64,000 nt of DNA from assembly GCF_018350175.1 (NCBI RefSeq), contig NC_058368.1, forward strand, positions 233,990,001-234,054,000, in the 5' to 3' direction. This document shows positions 23,566 to 35,110 of the stretch, piece after piece. Made by a program: the position numbers and the translations under genes. Within the stretch, counting starts at the first letter, position 1, and every line of letters starts with the position of its first letter. The DNA is from Felis catus. Lineage: Eukaryota. The notes under the pieces were generated by a model. The model was given only the letters and a program-made list of their open reading frames with translations, searched no databases and was not told the DNA's origin.

Positions 23566-24769
23566 TACGATAAAAATTTATTCTACATGGCAATAGACAT
23601 ATAATAGATATCTAAGACATCCTATAATCCTTTTGGGAGAAAATTTGAAAACCTGTCAATTTTAGATTTCCGTACACTTCAGAGTTCTGTTAAGTATACT
23701 TGCAAATTGTACTTTTGTTTGTGCCGAACTTTTAAGCTTGATGTGATTGAATCTCCTTGATTTCTCCAATTTTCTCCTCTAAAAGCAACACAGCCACCCA
23801 AATTCAACTGCTTCCCTCAAGAGACAGCATACTATGGTTTATAGTTTCCTGGGATGGCCTAGAAAAAGTTCTAGTATACAGCCAGCACAAAGGTTCAAAA
23901 GTGTCTCTTCATCTTAGTGAGGAGTTTAACTTTGTCATTTACAAAGCTCTCTTGTCTCATGTAGTATGACAGATGAGTCACAGTCATATCATAGGCAAAA
24001 GAAAAAGAGATTCAGATATAGGGTCCTGCTTAGAATCTGGCCTCAGAAACCTTCCCTGCAGGTGTCTTCCAGATCACTAAGCCAGCAGGACAGCATGATA
24101 AAAGTTCATGTCATTTTAGCTACCCCAGACCTTGATGCCCTCGGTGCTCCTAGGATAATAGCAAAAAACCTCAAGTGTTCTCAAAGTGGGTACAAACATC
24201 AACATCTAAGTTAAGTGACTGATTTTCCCTTAGAGGGGTTCCAACACCCAGTTGAAATCTCCCTAATTCCAAATAAATAAACAGCCTTTTCTCCTAACCC
24301 CCTGCTGTTGTCTGAGTTAAGTTCTCTCTCTTTCCCTCACTATAGAAAATCTCAGTCGAGGAGGCTCCCTTCCCTGATTCCATCAATTGCTCAACACTTG
24401 ACAGTCTATCTGTGCCCAGACCAGACCACAGCCACCACAAGCCTCAAAACTCAAGGAGTCCCTGCTCTGCGTGGCACAGCCGTGGGCACTCTGGGGACTC
24501 TTCCCCTCAGCCACCCACTGAAGCAAGTGTCGATACCTCCTTACAATTCTGGATCAGAAATGTTAAGAAACTTTACTCCGGGCAACTCCAGGGCCACATT
24601 TCATCTCATGTTCAAACATTACAAGACAATGACATTTATGGGGGTTGTTTACTAAATCTCAGAAGACCAGCAATCAGAAACCCTGTCAAATCTGGGAGAC
24701 AAAGAAAACATGTCTTAACCCCGCGGAGATCATAGAGGCGGAAAATGTGATTTTTTTTTCTTTGACATC

Positions 24770-26008
24770 TTTTTAAAGACTTTATTTTTTACAGCAGTTT
24801 TAGGTTCACAGCAAAATTGAGTGGAAGGTACAGAGAGTCCCCAGAGTCCCCTGCCCCCACACATGCAGAGCCTCCTTCATTCTCCACATCCCCCAAAGTG
24901 GAACATTTGTTACGATTGATGAACCTACATCTACTCACCATAATCACCCAGAATCCATGGCTCGTATTAGGGTTCCATCTGGTACTGTGCATGCTATGGG
25001 TTTGGACAAACGTATAAAGACATGTATCCATCGTTATAATATCACATAGAGTATTTTCACTGCTCTAAAACTCCTCTGTCCTCCACTTATTAACTCCCCC
25101 CAGACCCCTCAGCCCTGGCAACCACTGATCTTTTTGCTGTCTCCATAGTTTTGCCTTTTCCAGAATGTCATATAGTTGGAATCATACAGTAGGCGGCCTT
25201 TTCAGATGGTGTTCTTTCACTTAGTAATATGAATGTAAGGTGCATGTGTGTCTTTTTACGGCTTGATAGCTCATTTCTTCTTGGTAACAAATAATATTTC
25301 ATGGTCTGAACAGATCGCGGTTTATCCCCTCACCTACTGAAGGGCTTCTCGGTTCTTTCCAAGTTTCAATTATAAATAAAGAAGCTAAGAACATCTGTTT
25401 ACAGGGTTTTGTGTGGCCATAAGATTGCGCTCTGTTTGGGTAAATGTAGAGAAGTGTGATTTCTGGAAGGTATGGAAAGAGTGTGTTTGGTTTTGTGAGA
25501 AACCACCAAACTGCCTCCCAAAGTGGCGGCACCATGTTGCATTCCCAGCGGCGATGAGTGAGAGTTCCTGTTGCTCCACATCCTCACCAGCATTTGGTGT
25601 TGTCAGGGTTCTGGACTTTGGTCACTCTAATAGGTGTGCAGTGGCATCTCATTGTTGCATCATTTGCATTTCCTTGGTGACATATGATGTGGAACATCAT
25701 TTCATATGGAAGTCCAGCTTATCAATTCTTTCTTTCATGGACCATGCCTTTCCTGTTGAATCTCCAAAGTCATCACCCTACCCAAGTTCATATAGGTTTG
25801 CTTCTATGTTATATTCTAGTTTTACAGTCTTGTGTTTTACATCTATGTCTCTCTGATCCATTTTGAGTTAATTATTGTGATGGCTTAAAGTCTGTGTCTG
25901 GATTCCTTTGTTTTTATGTGGATTTCCAGTTTTCCCAGCACCATTTGTTGGATAGACTATCTCTGCTCCATTGTATCACCTTTGTTTCTTTGTCAAAATC
26001 AGTTGACT
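24770..26008 (-). mobile_element. Old L1 (L1MC/L1MB-like) 3'UTR and ORF2 end
   Basis: gcagttttaggttcacagcaaaattgag, ttgccttttccagaatgtcatatagttgga, catcctcaccagcatttggtg. Confidence 0.9.
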
Positions 26009-26193
26009 GATCCAGGTTCATTTTTCTGCATGTTGCTGTCCAGTTTTTCCAACGCCATTTGCTGAAAAGACCGTCTTCGTTCCATTGGATATTCTTTTCT
26101 GCTTCATCAAAGATTAGTTGGCTATATATTTGTGGGTCCATTTCTGCATTCTCTATTGTGTTCCATTTATCTTAGTGTCTGTTTTTTCAGCCA
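26009..26193 (-). mobile_element. Internal fragment of a different (carnivore-type) L1 ORF2
   Basis: Encodes DPQIYSQLIFDEAEKNIQWNEDGLFSKWRWKNW; homologous to but distinct from adjacent 25900-26008. Confidence 0.8.
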
Positions 26194-26402
26194 GCACTAT
26201 TGATATTTGGAGCAGATAATTATTTGTCGTGGGGGCTGTCCGATGCACTGTAGGACGTTTAGTAGCATCCATGCCAGTTACACCCCCCTTTTACCACTCC
26301 ATGCCAGTTACACCCCACTTTCCAGTTGTGACAACCAAAAATGTCCCCAGACATTACCAAATGTTCTTTAGAAACAAACTCTCCCATGTTTTAGAACCAC
26401 TG
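26194..26402 (-). mobile_element. MER20 hAT MITE (left end clipped)
   Basis: gcactattgatatttgg...ccagttgtgacaaccaaaaatgtccccagacatt...agaaccactg. Confidence 0.88.
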
Positions 26403-26544
26403 ACGTAGAGCACTACAAGACTGGGAAGTGCATTTCTATTTTATTGTCACTACAGTTGGAACCAGTGGGTGATAATAGCCAGTAGGGTGATGTTGCCCAC
26501 CGTGACTTTAACAATATGATTCCAGGTGGGACTAAAACCAGTAA

Positions 26545-26735
26545 CGCCTTTGAGGAAGCTACTTCTGTTGTTCATTCAAGAGACGATGATTGCTTTACCC
26601 AGGATTGTAGCATGGTGTGCAAGGGGCATTCTTGGCTAGATTTGAGATACATAATGTTGGTAGAAGCTACAGAGCTTGTTGGTGAGTTGAATATTGCGTG
26701 CAAAGGGGGAAAGAAAGCAATTATAAAGACTCAAT
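26545..26735 (-). mobile_element. L2 fragment
   Basis: ggaagctact...caagagacgatgattgctt...gatttgagatacata...ggtagaa pattern. Confidence 0.5.
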
Positions 26736-26750
26736 AATCGTGATAAATAC

Positions 26751-26930
26751 CAATGGCTTCCAAACACTTATTTTTGGAATTGGACTGAGTTGGCTTTATA
26801 AGAAATGTCTAGGGAGCTTGTTAAAATTATAAATTCTTGAGCCTCACACCTGGAAATTCTGATGTATTAAACCTGGCAAGTGGCCCAGGAATCTATTTTT
26901 AATACACTTCTCCTCCAGTGATTCTGAAAG
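26751..26930. mobile_element. MER5-like hAT MITE
   Basis: ggagcttgttaaaat...aattcttgagcctcac...ggcccaggaatct...gtgattctga. Confidence 0.6.
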
Positions 26931-27408
26931 GGAGTTAGTTTTCTGACTCCCAGATTGAATTGTGGGGGTTTGCATGGGTCTATAGCCCTGATGGGGCAAT
27001 ATTGTGTGTTACTCCATTTATAAAGTAAGAGCCAGCGTCATAACTGGTTTTCTCTGAGATGTAGAGCCAGGTAGGGGTGTTTCTTAACTTTGTTTTTGAC
27101 ACTTGTCTTTATTTCAGGTTAACAATGTGCACTGGTTAATTCATAATCAGAAAGGCATATGTCACATAATAACCTGGCTAGAGCTTACAAAGAAGCTCAT
27201 AAAGCCTATAACATAGTAAATGAAATTCTGTTTGGCATGCTTTCAAATATATGCTCAATGTAGACTGCACAAAATGGCTGTTTGATGTGGCAGTTATGTT
27301 AAAGAAATTCATGTTTATCAGCCTATTTATGGGAATTTATATGCTGAGAACTTTTTTCTAAACTTTATAATATATGATAGAAGATCCTTAACTGAAGTTT
27401 ATTTATTT

Positions 27409-27629
27409 AAAAAAATTTTTTCAACGTTTTTTATTTTATTTTTTGGGACAGAGAGAGACAGAGCATGAACAGGGGAGGGGCAGAGAGAGAGGGAGACACA
27501 GAATCGGAAACAGGCTCCAGGCTCCGAGCCATCAGCCCAGAGCCTGACGCGGGGCTCGAACTCACGGACTGCGAGATCGTGACCTGGCTGAAGTCGGACG
27601 CTTAACCGACTGTGCCACCCAGGCGCCCC
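27409..27629 (-). mobile_element. Young SINEC_Fc
   Basis: Near-consensus; TSD aagtttatttattt at 27395-27408 and 27631-27644. Confidence 0.97.
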
Positions 27630-28912
27630 AAAGTTTATTTATTTTAGAGAGAAAGTACTTGGCCCCGAGAAATCTCATCAAAGTGAGATTTACGTAGACA
27701 TCAAGGCACCGTGTGCAAGCACCGAACGTGAGGCACAGGTTATTGCTGCCTCTGTCTTGCAGAGAGTTGTATTTCTCTGAGTGGGAGAGATTTCTAAGCT
27801 CACTCGCATTCCTCTTTTTTCTCTTCTTCTGCCGTGATAATGGTGGGAGCGCCTGTCAACCCAGAGATAGCATTATACCCAACCAAATGGCCTGAAAACC
27901 TGAGGCCCAGCGTGGAGGGAAGGTGTCCTGGACAGGCACTGAGACCCACGGCGATAAACAACAACAACAACAAAACTATTATGCCAGGCAACTGAGCGCT
28001 TGTTGTCAAGTGTCACATGAGCATAATCTAGCCTTCTAGAATGGTATGCTCAGTTTTGAAAATTAGGGTCTTCGTGATAAACTGCTAGAGAATTGTCTTG
28101 AAGTTTCCGTGACAATTAAACAAGTCACTGATGTCTCTTTGAGGCAGCTGCATTGACATGAATTATGGCTCAAGAAAAGCCACTGCCAGGGAAATGGTTA
28201 AAACATGCCATAGAAATTAAAGTAGCAGTGTCTCATGAAATGCCCTGGATATTGAAAGAACATGAAGAAGTTTATAGAATATACAAACTTGAATTTGAAA
28301 TGTTTGAAGGTGACTTCAGGCTTCCCAAACCCTGTCTGTCTATTGAGTTGCATGCCCACACAGGCTCCACACTTCTGAATGTACAGTATTTTCAGGAAGA
28401 AGGAATACCTTGAGAAATAATTCTCTGATTCATCAGGGTGGAGCCCAAGAACTGTGTTTTCATTCTGTAGCATCATTCGGTCTTCACTATTCATGTGAAA
28501 TGTTGAATTCTTGTTCTATTACAAAGATCCAGCTTGGAAATGTTCAGAATAACGGGGAATATCATACTTAGAAATCTCAGTAGGAAAAGTTGGAAGTTGA
28601 TTGTAGGAGTGATCAAGAATTGGTAATGATGTCTTGCATAATATTTTCATGCAAAAGTTTTTGCCAACTCTGTTGATATCAAAATACTTCAGCAAGATTA
28701 TAATTGTCATACAGTTGATGCCAGAGGAAGTTGAGCTGTGAAATGCATCTAAAAACTGGCTTAGTTAGAAGCACGAGGCTAACTCTTTCAAAAGCTGGTT
28801 CACCTGATGGTGGCCAGCTACCTAGCAGGTGCTGTTCCATCCTAGACACTAGCCCCCACGTTACTTGAAAGTTATAAATGTGTCCTTGAATACTAAAAAA
28901 TGAAAGGATCTT

Positions 28913-29143
28913 GGGGAACCTGGGTGGCTCAGCTGGTTTGGAGTTCAACTCTTGATTTCGGCTCAGGTCATGATCTCAGGGTTCATGGGGCCGAGCCCAA
29001 CATCGGGCTTCACGCTGTCAGTGCAGAGCCTGCTTGGGATTCTCTCTCTCCCTCTCTCTCTCTGCACTTAGCCCTCTTTCTCTCTCTTTCTCTCTTGCTC
29101 TCTCTTTCTCAAAATAAGTAAATAAACATTTTTTTTTAAAAAA
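28913..29143 (+). mobile_element. Older SINEC
   Basis: ggggaacctgggtggctcag...gagcctgcttgggattctctctc; degenerate TSD aaaggatcttg/aaagcatcctg. Confidence 0.92.
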
Positions 29144-30252
29144 GCATCCTGTTTATCCAGCCATATGTAGTGGTTGTGCATATGATGTTGTGGATATAAC
29201 AATAACAAAGTCCCCCAAATACTTGATACTTTCAGGGAATTATCTTTGCCTTGTAACAGAGGAATATCACCACAGCCTGTGTCTCTCCTGGGTGTTTTTG
29301 CTGGGGAAAGACTTTTTCCAAAGTTCACATTGATTGCAGTTACAGCTTGCCATGGACGCCCTGCAGACACTCAAAATTGGGTCTATTTCATAGGACTTTT
29401 CTGGGTCTCATGGAGAAGGTGGTAGAGAGTTTTCATTTCAGAATGCTGATGTGGCATGAGAATTCCATTTGTGCTTTCACAGAATCACTAGGAAAGAAAA
29501 CTCTTCAAGTCCTCCAGTATTTTGCTACATTGATGGGAGAAAAGGAGATGTGAAATATGTAAATTGCCTACCTGGTCATACCAACCCCTCCAGTGTTACC
29601 TCCACTCGAGACGAGGTCTGTCTTATACACACATCTCACTCCTCCTCCCCCTCTGCCTCCTCATTCTCCTCCACAGGACTGCTGACAGTTTTTCCCCCAG
29701 AGAGTGGAGGGCTGTGCAATCCAATTAATGGTTAGAAAATGCAACCGATATTGATGAATTCTCCAACCTTAGCTGTTGCCCAAAGTACCGTGGAATCATA
29801 TCTGAATTTATGCTAGTGAAGTATTAAAATGTATGGAAGAATTCCAGTCTCTTATTTGTTATATTTCATCTTCCTTTATTAGAAATGCCAGCTAGTACCA
29901 AACCTTACATTTTAGAACAGTATTAATTATAAACCAAGTTGAAATATTTTAAGTTTCTGTTGTTATCTCAGAGGACAAGAGGTTCTTTAACTGCCCTTAG
30001 ATTATTTTTCACAACTTATACCATCTATAAGTGTGTTTGGAGGCGCTTTTCAAGGGTGACTATTATGATAATATTTTTCCATCCAAGTCACAAATAGAAT
30101 CAGAGGTTGAGGAAAACAGGAAAAGAAAATCACCTGTAACTCCCCTTCCAGAGACTACCATCATTAAAGATTTGGGACAATATATTTCTAAATTGCTTTT
30201 GTGAATATTTCTACATTTATATGTTTTACATGGGGATATACCATATACACTC

Positions 30253-30477
30253 TTTTATTTTTTTATGTTTTATTTTCTATTTGAGAGAGAGAGCGAGAGT
30301 GAGAGAGAGAAAGAGAGTGCTGGGGAGGGGCAGGGAGAGGGAGACATAGAATCGGAAGCAGGCTCCAGGCTCTGAGCTGTCAGCACAGAGCCTGATATGG
30401 GGCTCGACCTCATGAGCAGCAAGATCATGACCTGAGCTGAAGTCGGATGCTTAACCGACTGAGCCACCCAGGCGCCC
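30253..30477 (-). mobile_element. SINEC (Fc2-like)
   Basis: Antisense SINE ending gagccacccaggcgccc. Confidence 0.93.
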
Positions 30478-30639
30478 TATATTTATTCTTTTATTACTTC
30501 CTTTTGTTCACTTGTATTATAGACTTGTTTTTCAATATAATGCGTTATAGATATCATTACTTACACATTTTTATATGCGTATCAGATACGTTTTAACACA
30601 CAAAACGTACTGAGTACCAATTAATGGAACGCAAGATTA

Positions 30640-30890
30640 ATAGAAGCAAAGACCAGAGAGGTGGTTGCCGGGGGCTGAAGGGAGTTAAGTGTTCATACCA
30701 GACCCCCACCCAAATGATAATAGTAACACAGGGGGTGGGAGGAGACTTTGGGAGCCGATAGATGTATTTGCGGTCATGATGGTGGTGATGGCTTCACAGA
30801 TGTACACGCATCCCCAAATGCATCGACTTGTACACATTAAATATGTACAGATTTCCTCACATTAAACTTACCTCTACAGAGTGGTTACAT
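30640..30890 (+). mobile_element. Old L1 (L1MD-like) 3' terminus
   Basis: gtggttgccgggggctg...ggtggtgatggcttcacagatgtacac...tgtacacattaaatatgtacag. Confidence 0.7.
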
Positions 30891-31087
30891 TATCATAAAA
30901 AAAAATACAATTTCCAACAACAAACAAGTAAGCAAACATTATATAATGACCATTATAGGAGAGTTTCCTGTGAACAAATTACCCTTTTTCATGATAGGAC
31001 ACAAAATAATTTACAAATCTGATGGAAGCCCTCTGCCCTTAAACTTCATTGTCAGTTCTTAGGGTGATGTTTTCCAGCTTTACTCTT

Positions 31088-31571
31088 TGCGATTGGTAGA
31101 ACAATTGCCTCCACGTGTTAATGCCCTAATCCCCACCCCGTGAGTGTGTTACCTTACCTTTGCAAAGGGATTGCACAAATGTGATTAAAATTAGGGACCT
31201 TGAGATGAGGGATTCTCCCTGATTATGTGGGTGGAGCCAATGTACTCACAAGGGTCCTTAAAGGTGGAGAGTCTCTCTGACTTTGGTTAAAGAGGAATGT
31301 GCTAACCAACAAGGATCCTGGAGATGCTGGCTTTGAAGACGGAGAAAGGGGCCAAGGACCCAAGTGGCCTCTACAAGTTGGAAAAGGCAAGCAAATGAGT
31401 TCGTCCCCAGAGAAGGTATTCAGAAAAGGAGCACAGCCTGGTCCACAGTGTGATATTAGTCCAGTGAGACCCTGGAGACTTCTAACTTAGAGAACTGAAA
31501 GATCATAAAGTTATATCGTTTAGGCCACTCAATTTGTGATTACTTGTTACAGCACAATGGAAAGCTATCAC
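31088..31571 (+). mobile_element. MLT1 (MaLR) LTR, MLT1D-like
   Basis: ccctaatcccc...gtgttaccttac...gatgctggctttgaagacggagaaagggg...ttgttacagca. Confidence 0.85.
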
Positions 31572-31741
31572 GTTGATCTATGAAACCAAAGCAATAGGCA
31601 GCTGACAGCATTTTACTATCAAGTCTTTGTATCAAGAGTTTCTCAATATTTTTCAATATTTCAAACACGTGTCTACTAACATGTGTGTCCTGTATGTTAA
31701 AAAATTCTTTTAGATGTATTTTAAGATGTGGGCTTATCATT

Positions 31742-32515
31742 TTTTAAAAGTTTTTGTTTTAATTCCAAATAGTTAACAGAGTGTAATGTTAGTTTCAGGT
31801 GTACAATATAGTGATTCAACACTTCCATACAATACCCAGTGCTCATCCCGACAAATGTCCTCCTTTATCCCCATCACCTAGTTCACCCATCCTTCCCACC
31901 CGCCTCCCCCCTGGTAACAGTGTGTTCTCTGTAGTTAAGAGTTTATTTTGGGGTGTCTGGGTGGCTCAGTTGGTTAAGCGTCTGACTTCGGGTCAGGTCG
32001 TGATCCCATGGCTCATAAGTTCGAGCCCTGTGTTGGGCTCTGAGCCCGGAGTCTGCTTCGGATTCTGTGTCTCCCTCTCTCTCTGCTCCTCCTCTGCTCA
32101 AGCTCTGTCTCTCTCAAAAATATTTATTTTTATATTTATTTTATATTTAAAATTTATATTTAATTTATATTTATATATAATTATAATTTATATATTTATA
32201 TATATTTAAATTTATATTTAAAATTTAAATATAAAATTATTATTTTATATTTAAAATATATTTGTATTTTATATTTAATATTTATTCAAAAATAAATATT
32301 TTTTTAATTTAAAAAAAAGAGTCTGTTTCTTAGTTTGTCTCTCTCCCTTTTTTTTCCCTTTGCTCCTTTGTTTTGTTTCTTAAGTTCCACGAATGGGTGA
32401 AATCATGTGGTATTCGTCTTTCTCAGACTGACTCATTTCACCTAGCATAATACTCCCTAGCTCCATCCACGTCATTGCAAATGGCAAGATTTCATTCTTT
32501 TTATGGCTGAGTTTA
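31742..32515 (-). mobile_element. L1 3' end (L1_Carn/L1MA9-like) interrupted by a SINE
   Basis: tagtttcaggtgtacaatatagtgattcaac...ctccatccacgtcattgcaaatggcaagatttcattc. Confidence 0.88.
31950..32318 (+). mobile_element. SINEC with an expanded AT-rich tail of about 200 bp
   Basis: ggggtgtctgggtggctcagttgg head; TSD aagagtttattt/aagagtctgttt; tail 32116-32318 almost only A/T. Confidence 0.92.
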
Positions 32516-33568
32516 TCATTTTTAATTCTATAGCATAAAGCACTTTGACCCTTTGTACTGTGAAGTTTAGAAAAACAAGATCTTTACCAATAAAAAAAAA
32601 ATGAGTTCTCTTTCTTCATCTCGGCTGTTAGTTCTAGGAGCTGCTGAGCTTCTGACTTCTGCCATTACCAACACTCACCTGGAGGTGACGATGCCCCAGA
32701 AACAGCCTGACAGACAGTGCACCAAAGAGACAGAAGTTGGCACGTTGCATCTTAGAGACTTAGTCCCCACAGTGTAGGCGGGAGCAAGAACACAAAGAAT
32801 CCTGGTGGCAATGCTGCAGATTAGAATGGGCTTCATCTGTTCAGACTCTGGAGTGTAGGAGAGTCAGACACTAATCAGGGGGAAAAAAAGAACTTCTGAA
32901 AAATACTGCAAAAAATAGAACATACAGAAATGAACACTGCAAAATAGAAGTAAAAATGGGAGCGTCATTATGAAAATTCAGAGAAAGCATGTCTCTGAAA
33001 ACAATTAGCCCCCCAGATGGGTGATAACTTAGAAATGTGGGGGGTGTACCCACTAATGACCAAATTGATCTGCCTTCCACCAAAAGGAGCAGAAAGGCTT
33101 TAGGAGCAAACTGGCTGAGAGGAAAGGGCAGTCAGAGGAGGGACAGAAGACAGGGCCGCAAGAAGCGGCCCTCAACAGGGCCCGCAAGAAGCCCCTCAAC
33201 AGCAGTGCAGACGGACTGGAGTAGCCACGTTTGCCACGGGGCATTAACACAGGGCAGAGGGGGTCAGGGTGGCAAGCTCCACTCTCTGTGCAGGAGCCCA
33301 GAAAGAAAAAGCATGTACTGATGGAGCAAGTGGCAGAGATGGAAGACATGACAGGTGTATCCAAGCTGAGAATGAGAAATCGTTTCCACAGAAGCAACCT
33401 GAAAGAGCACAGACATAACTGGGAAATGCTTTACTGGGTTGAATAAATACATTTAGAGATTAAAAGGACTCATCGTCTGACACAAACCTTCCTTTCCTCT
33501 CGTCTACAATCTTCATTCTATGCTAATCTTCCTTATAATCACTAAGTGATTATGATCTCTAAAATTTT

Positions 33569-33788
33569 AAAGACTTTTTTAAGTTTATTTCTTTATTTTT
33601 GAGAGAGACAGAGACAGCATGAGCAGGAGAGGGGCACAGAGCGAGAGGGAGGGTAAAAGAATCCCAAGCAGGCTCCACACTGTCAGCACAGAGTCCAAGG
33701 TGGGGCTCGGACCCATGAACCATGAGATCATGACCCGAGCCGAAATCAAGAGTCAGACACTTAACCAACTGAGCCACCCAGGAGCCCC
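33569..33788 (-). mobile_element. SINEC
   Basis: TSD gatctctaaaatttt at 33554-33568 and 33789-33803. Confidence 0.95.
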
Positions 33789-34609
33789 GATCTCTAAAAT
33801 TTTTAAATGCATGGGAAAAATAAAACTCTATACCACTTAAATTTGGGTTTCCTATGGGTATGAGCTTTTAAGTAATTTTTGATTGTTTTTCTACATTTTT
33901 TTTCAATTTTATACAGTGAGCATGCATTACTCATAATCAGAAAAGCTGAGATGATATTTAAATTAAAATATACGAGTCAGGAAACACCATACAATTGTGT
34001 TGAAAAGTAAGTTCTGAAAAAGACTGGAGTTCTTTGTGATATCTCTCCCTTCAAATTTCAGCATTTACTAAATTTTCATAAATTTCTAAAACAATCATGC
34101 ATAATTTTTATAAAGTAAAAAAAAAATGGAAACCTCATTCAGAAGCATATTTGGCATCATGGAATAGAAAAGTGGACCATATGCTAAGATCTAACATAAA
34201 CTGTTAAAGACAAGGGGTTCTCCACCATGAGTGACCAATGATGAGGGAGTAAACAAGGATCATTTTGACGTGGTAGAAAATTTCAAGGCAACAATTTTTT
34301 AAATCATGGCCAACTTCTCAAAATGGACCCATCATAAAATACCCATCACCATCATCACATGACTGCACATATACTCCATAATATGTAGGATTTTCTCAAC
34401 CTAAAATTTCTCACAGCAGATTGAACAAACGCAGGGACCAGTGACTTAAAGTGACATTCTATGTAAATTGTCTTTCTTAGAGAGTATTGGAGCCTGCTAA
34501 GCAATCCTGAAGCAGATTGCTTGGGGAGATCCATCTTATTTAACAGGAAATTCAACATCATAGATTACTCTTACAGGATTATTAATAGGCAACAGATACA
34601 GATATCTGA

Positions 34610-34760
34610 CAGATACTAAATGTTTACTATGGGCCTGCAACCATTCTAAGCATTTTAAATGTGTGAACTTATTCAATCCTCGTTAAAAAATTACACGGTG
34701 AATGTTAATGTTACTTCCATTGTACAGATGGAGACGCTGTTGCAGAGAAAGAATGAGCAA
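34610..34760 (-). mobile_element. MIR fragment
   Basis: ttctaagcattttaaatg...ttattcaatcctc...ccattgtacagatggag. Confidence 0.55.
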
Positions 34761-34845
34761 CATGGCTATGTTTTCTGTAAGTCTGTAGGTGAGGGGGATT
34801 GCAATGTAACCAATCTGCTTAGGTGTTAATCTCTCATAAACTGCT

Positions 34846-35110
34846 TGTATCAGCCAGGGTTCTCTAGAGAAACAGAACAGGCTCTCTATATCTTTACCTA
34901 TAGATAGCTCTATCTATCTTCTGTCTATCTTCTATCCATTTATCTATCATCTATCTATGTGTCTACATTATCTATCTATCTTTGTATCTAACATCTATCT
35001 TTCTATCCATCTATCCATCCACCTATCCATCCATCATTCATCCATCATCCATCATCTATATATCATCTACCTATTTTTATCAATCAATCAATTCACTTAT
35101 CTATCATCTA
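34846..35110 (-). repeat. MLT2 (ERVL) LTR terminus plus degenerate (TCTA/TCCA)n microsatellite
   Basis: tgtatcagccagggttctctagagaaacagaac is the reverse complement of the MLT2 3' end, followed by tctatcta/tccatcca repeats. Confidence 0.7.

Noticed and set aside
28165..28413. 82-aa ATG ORF MAQEKPLPGKW...
   Set aside because: No recognisable domain, splice context or promoter; length expected by chance
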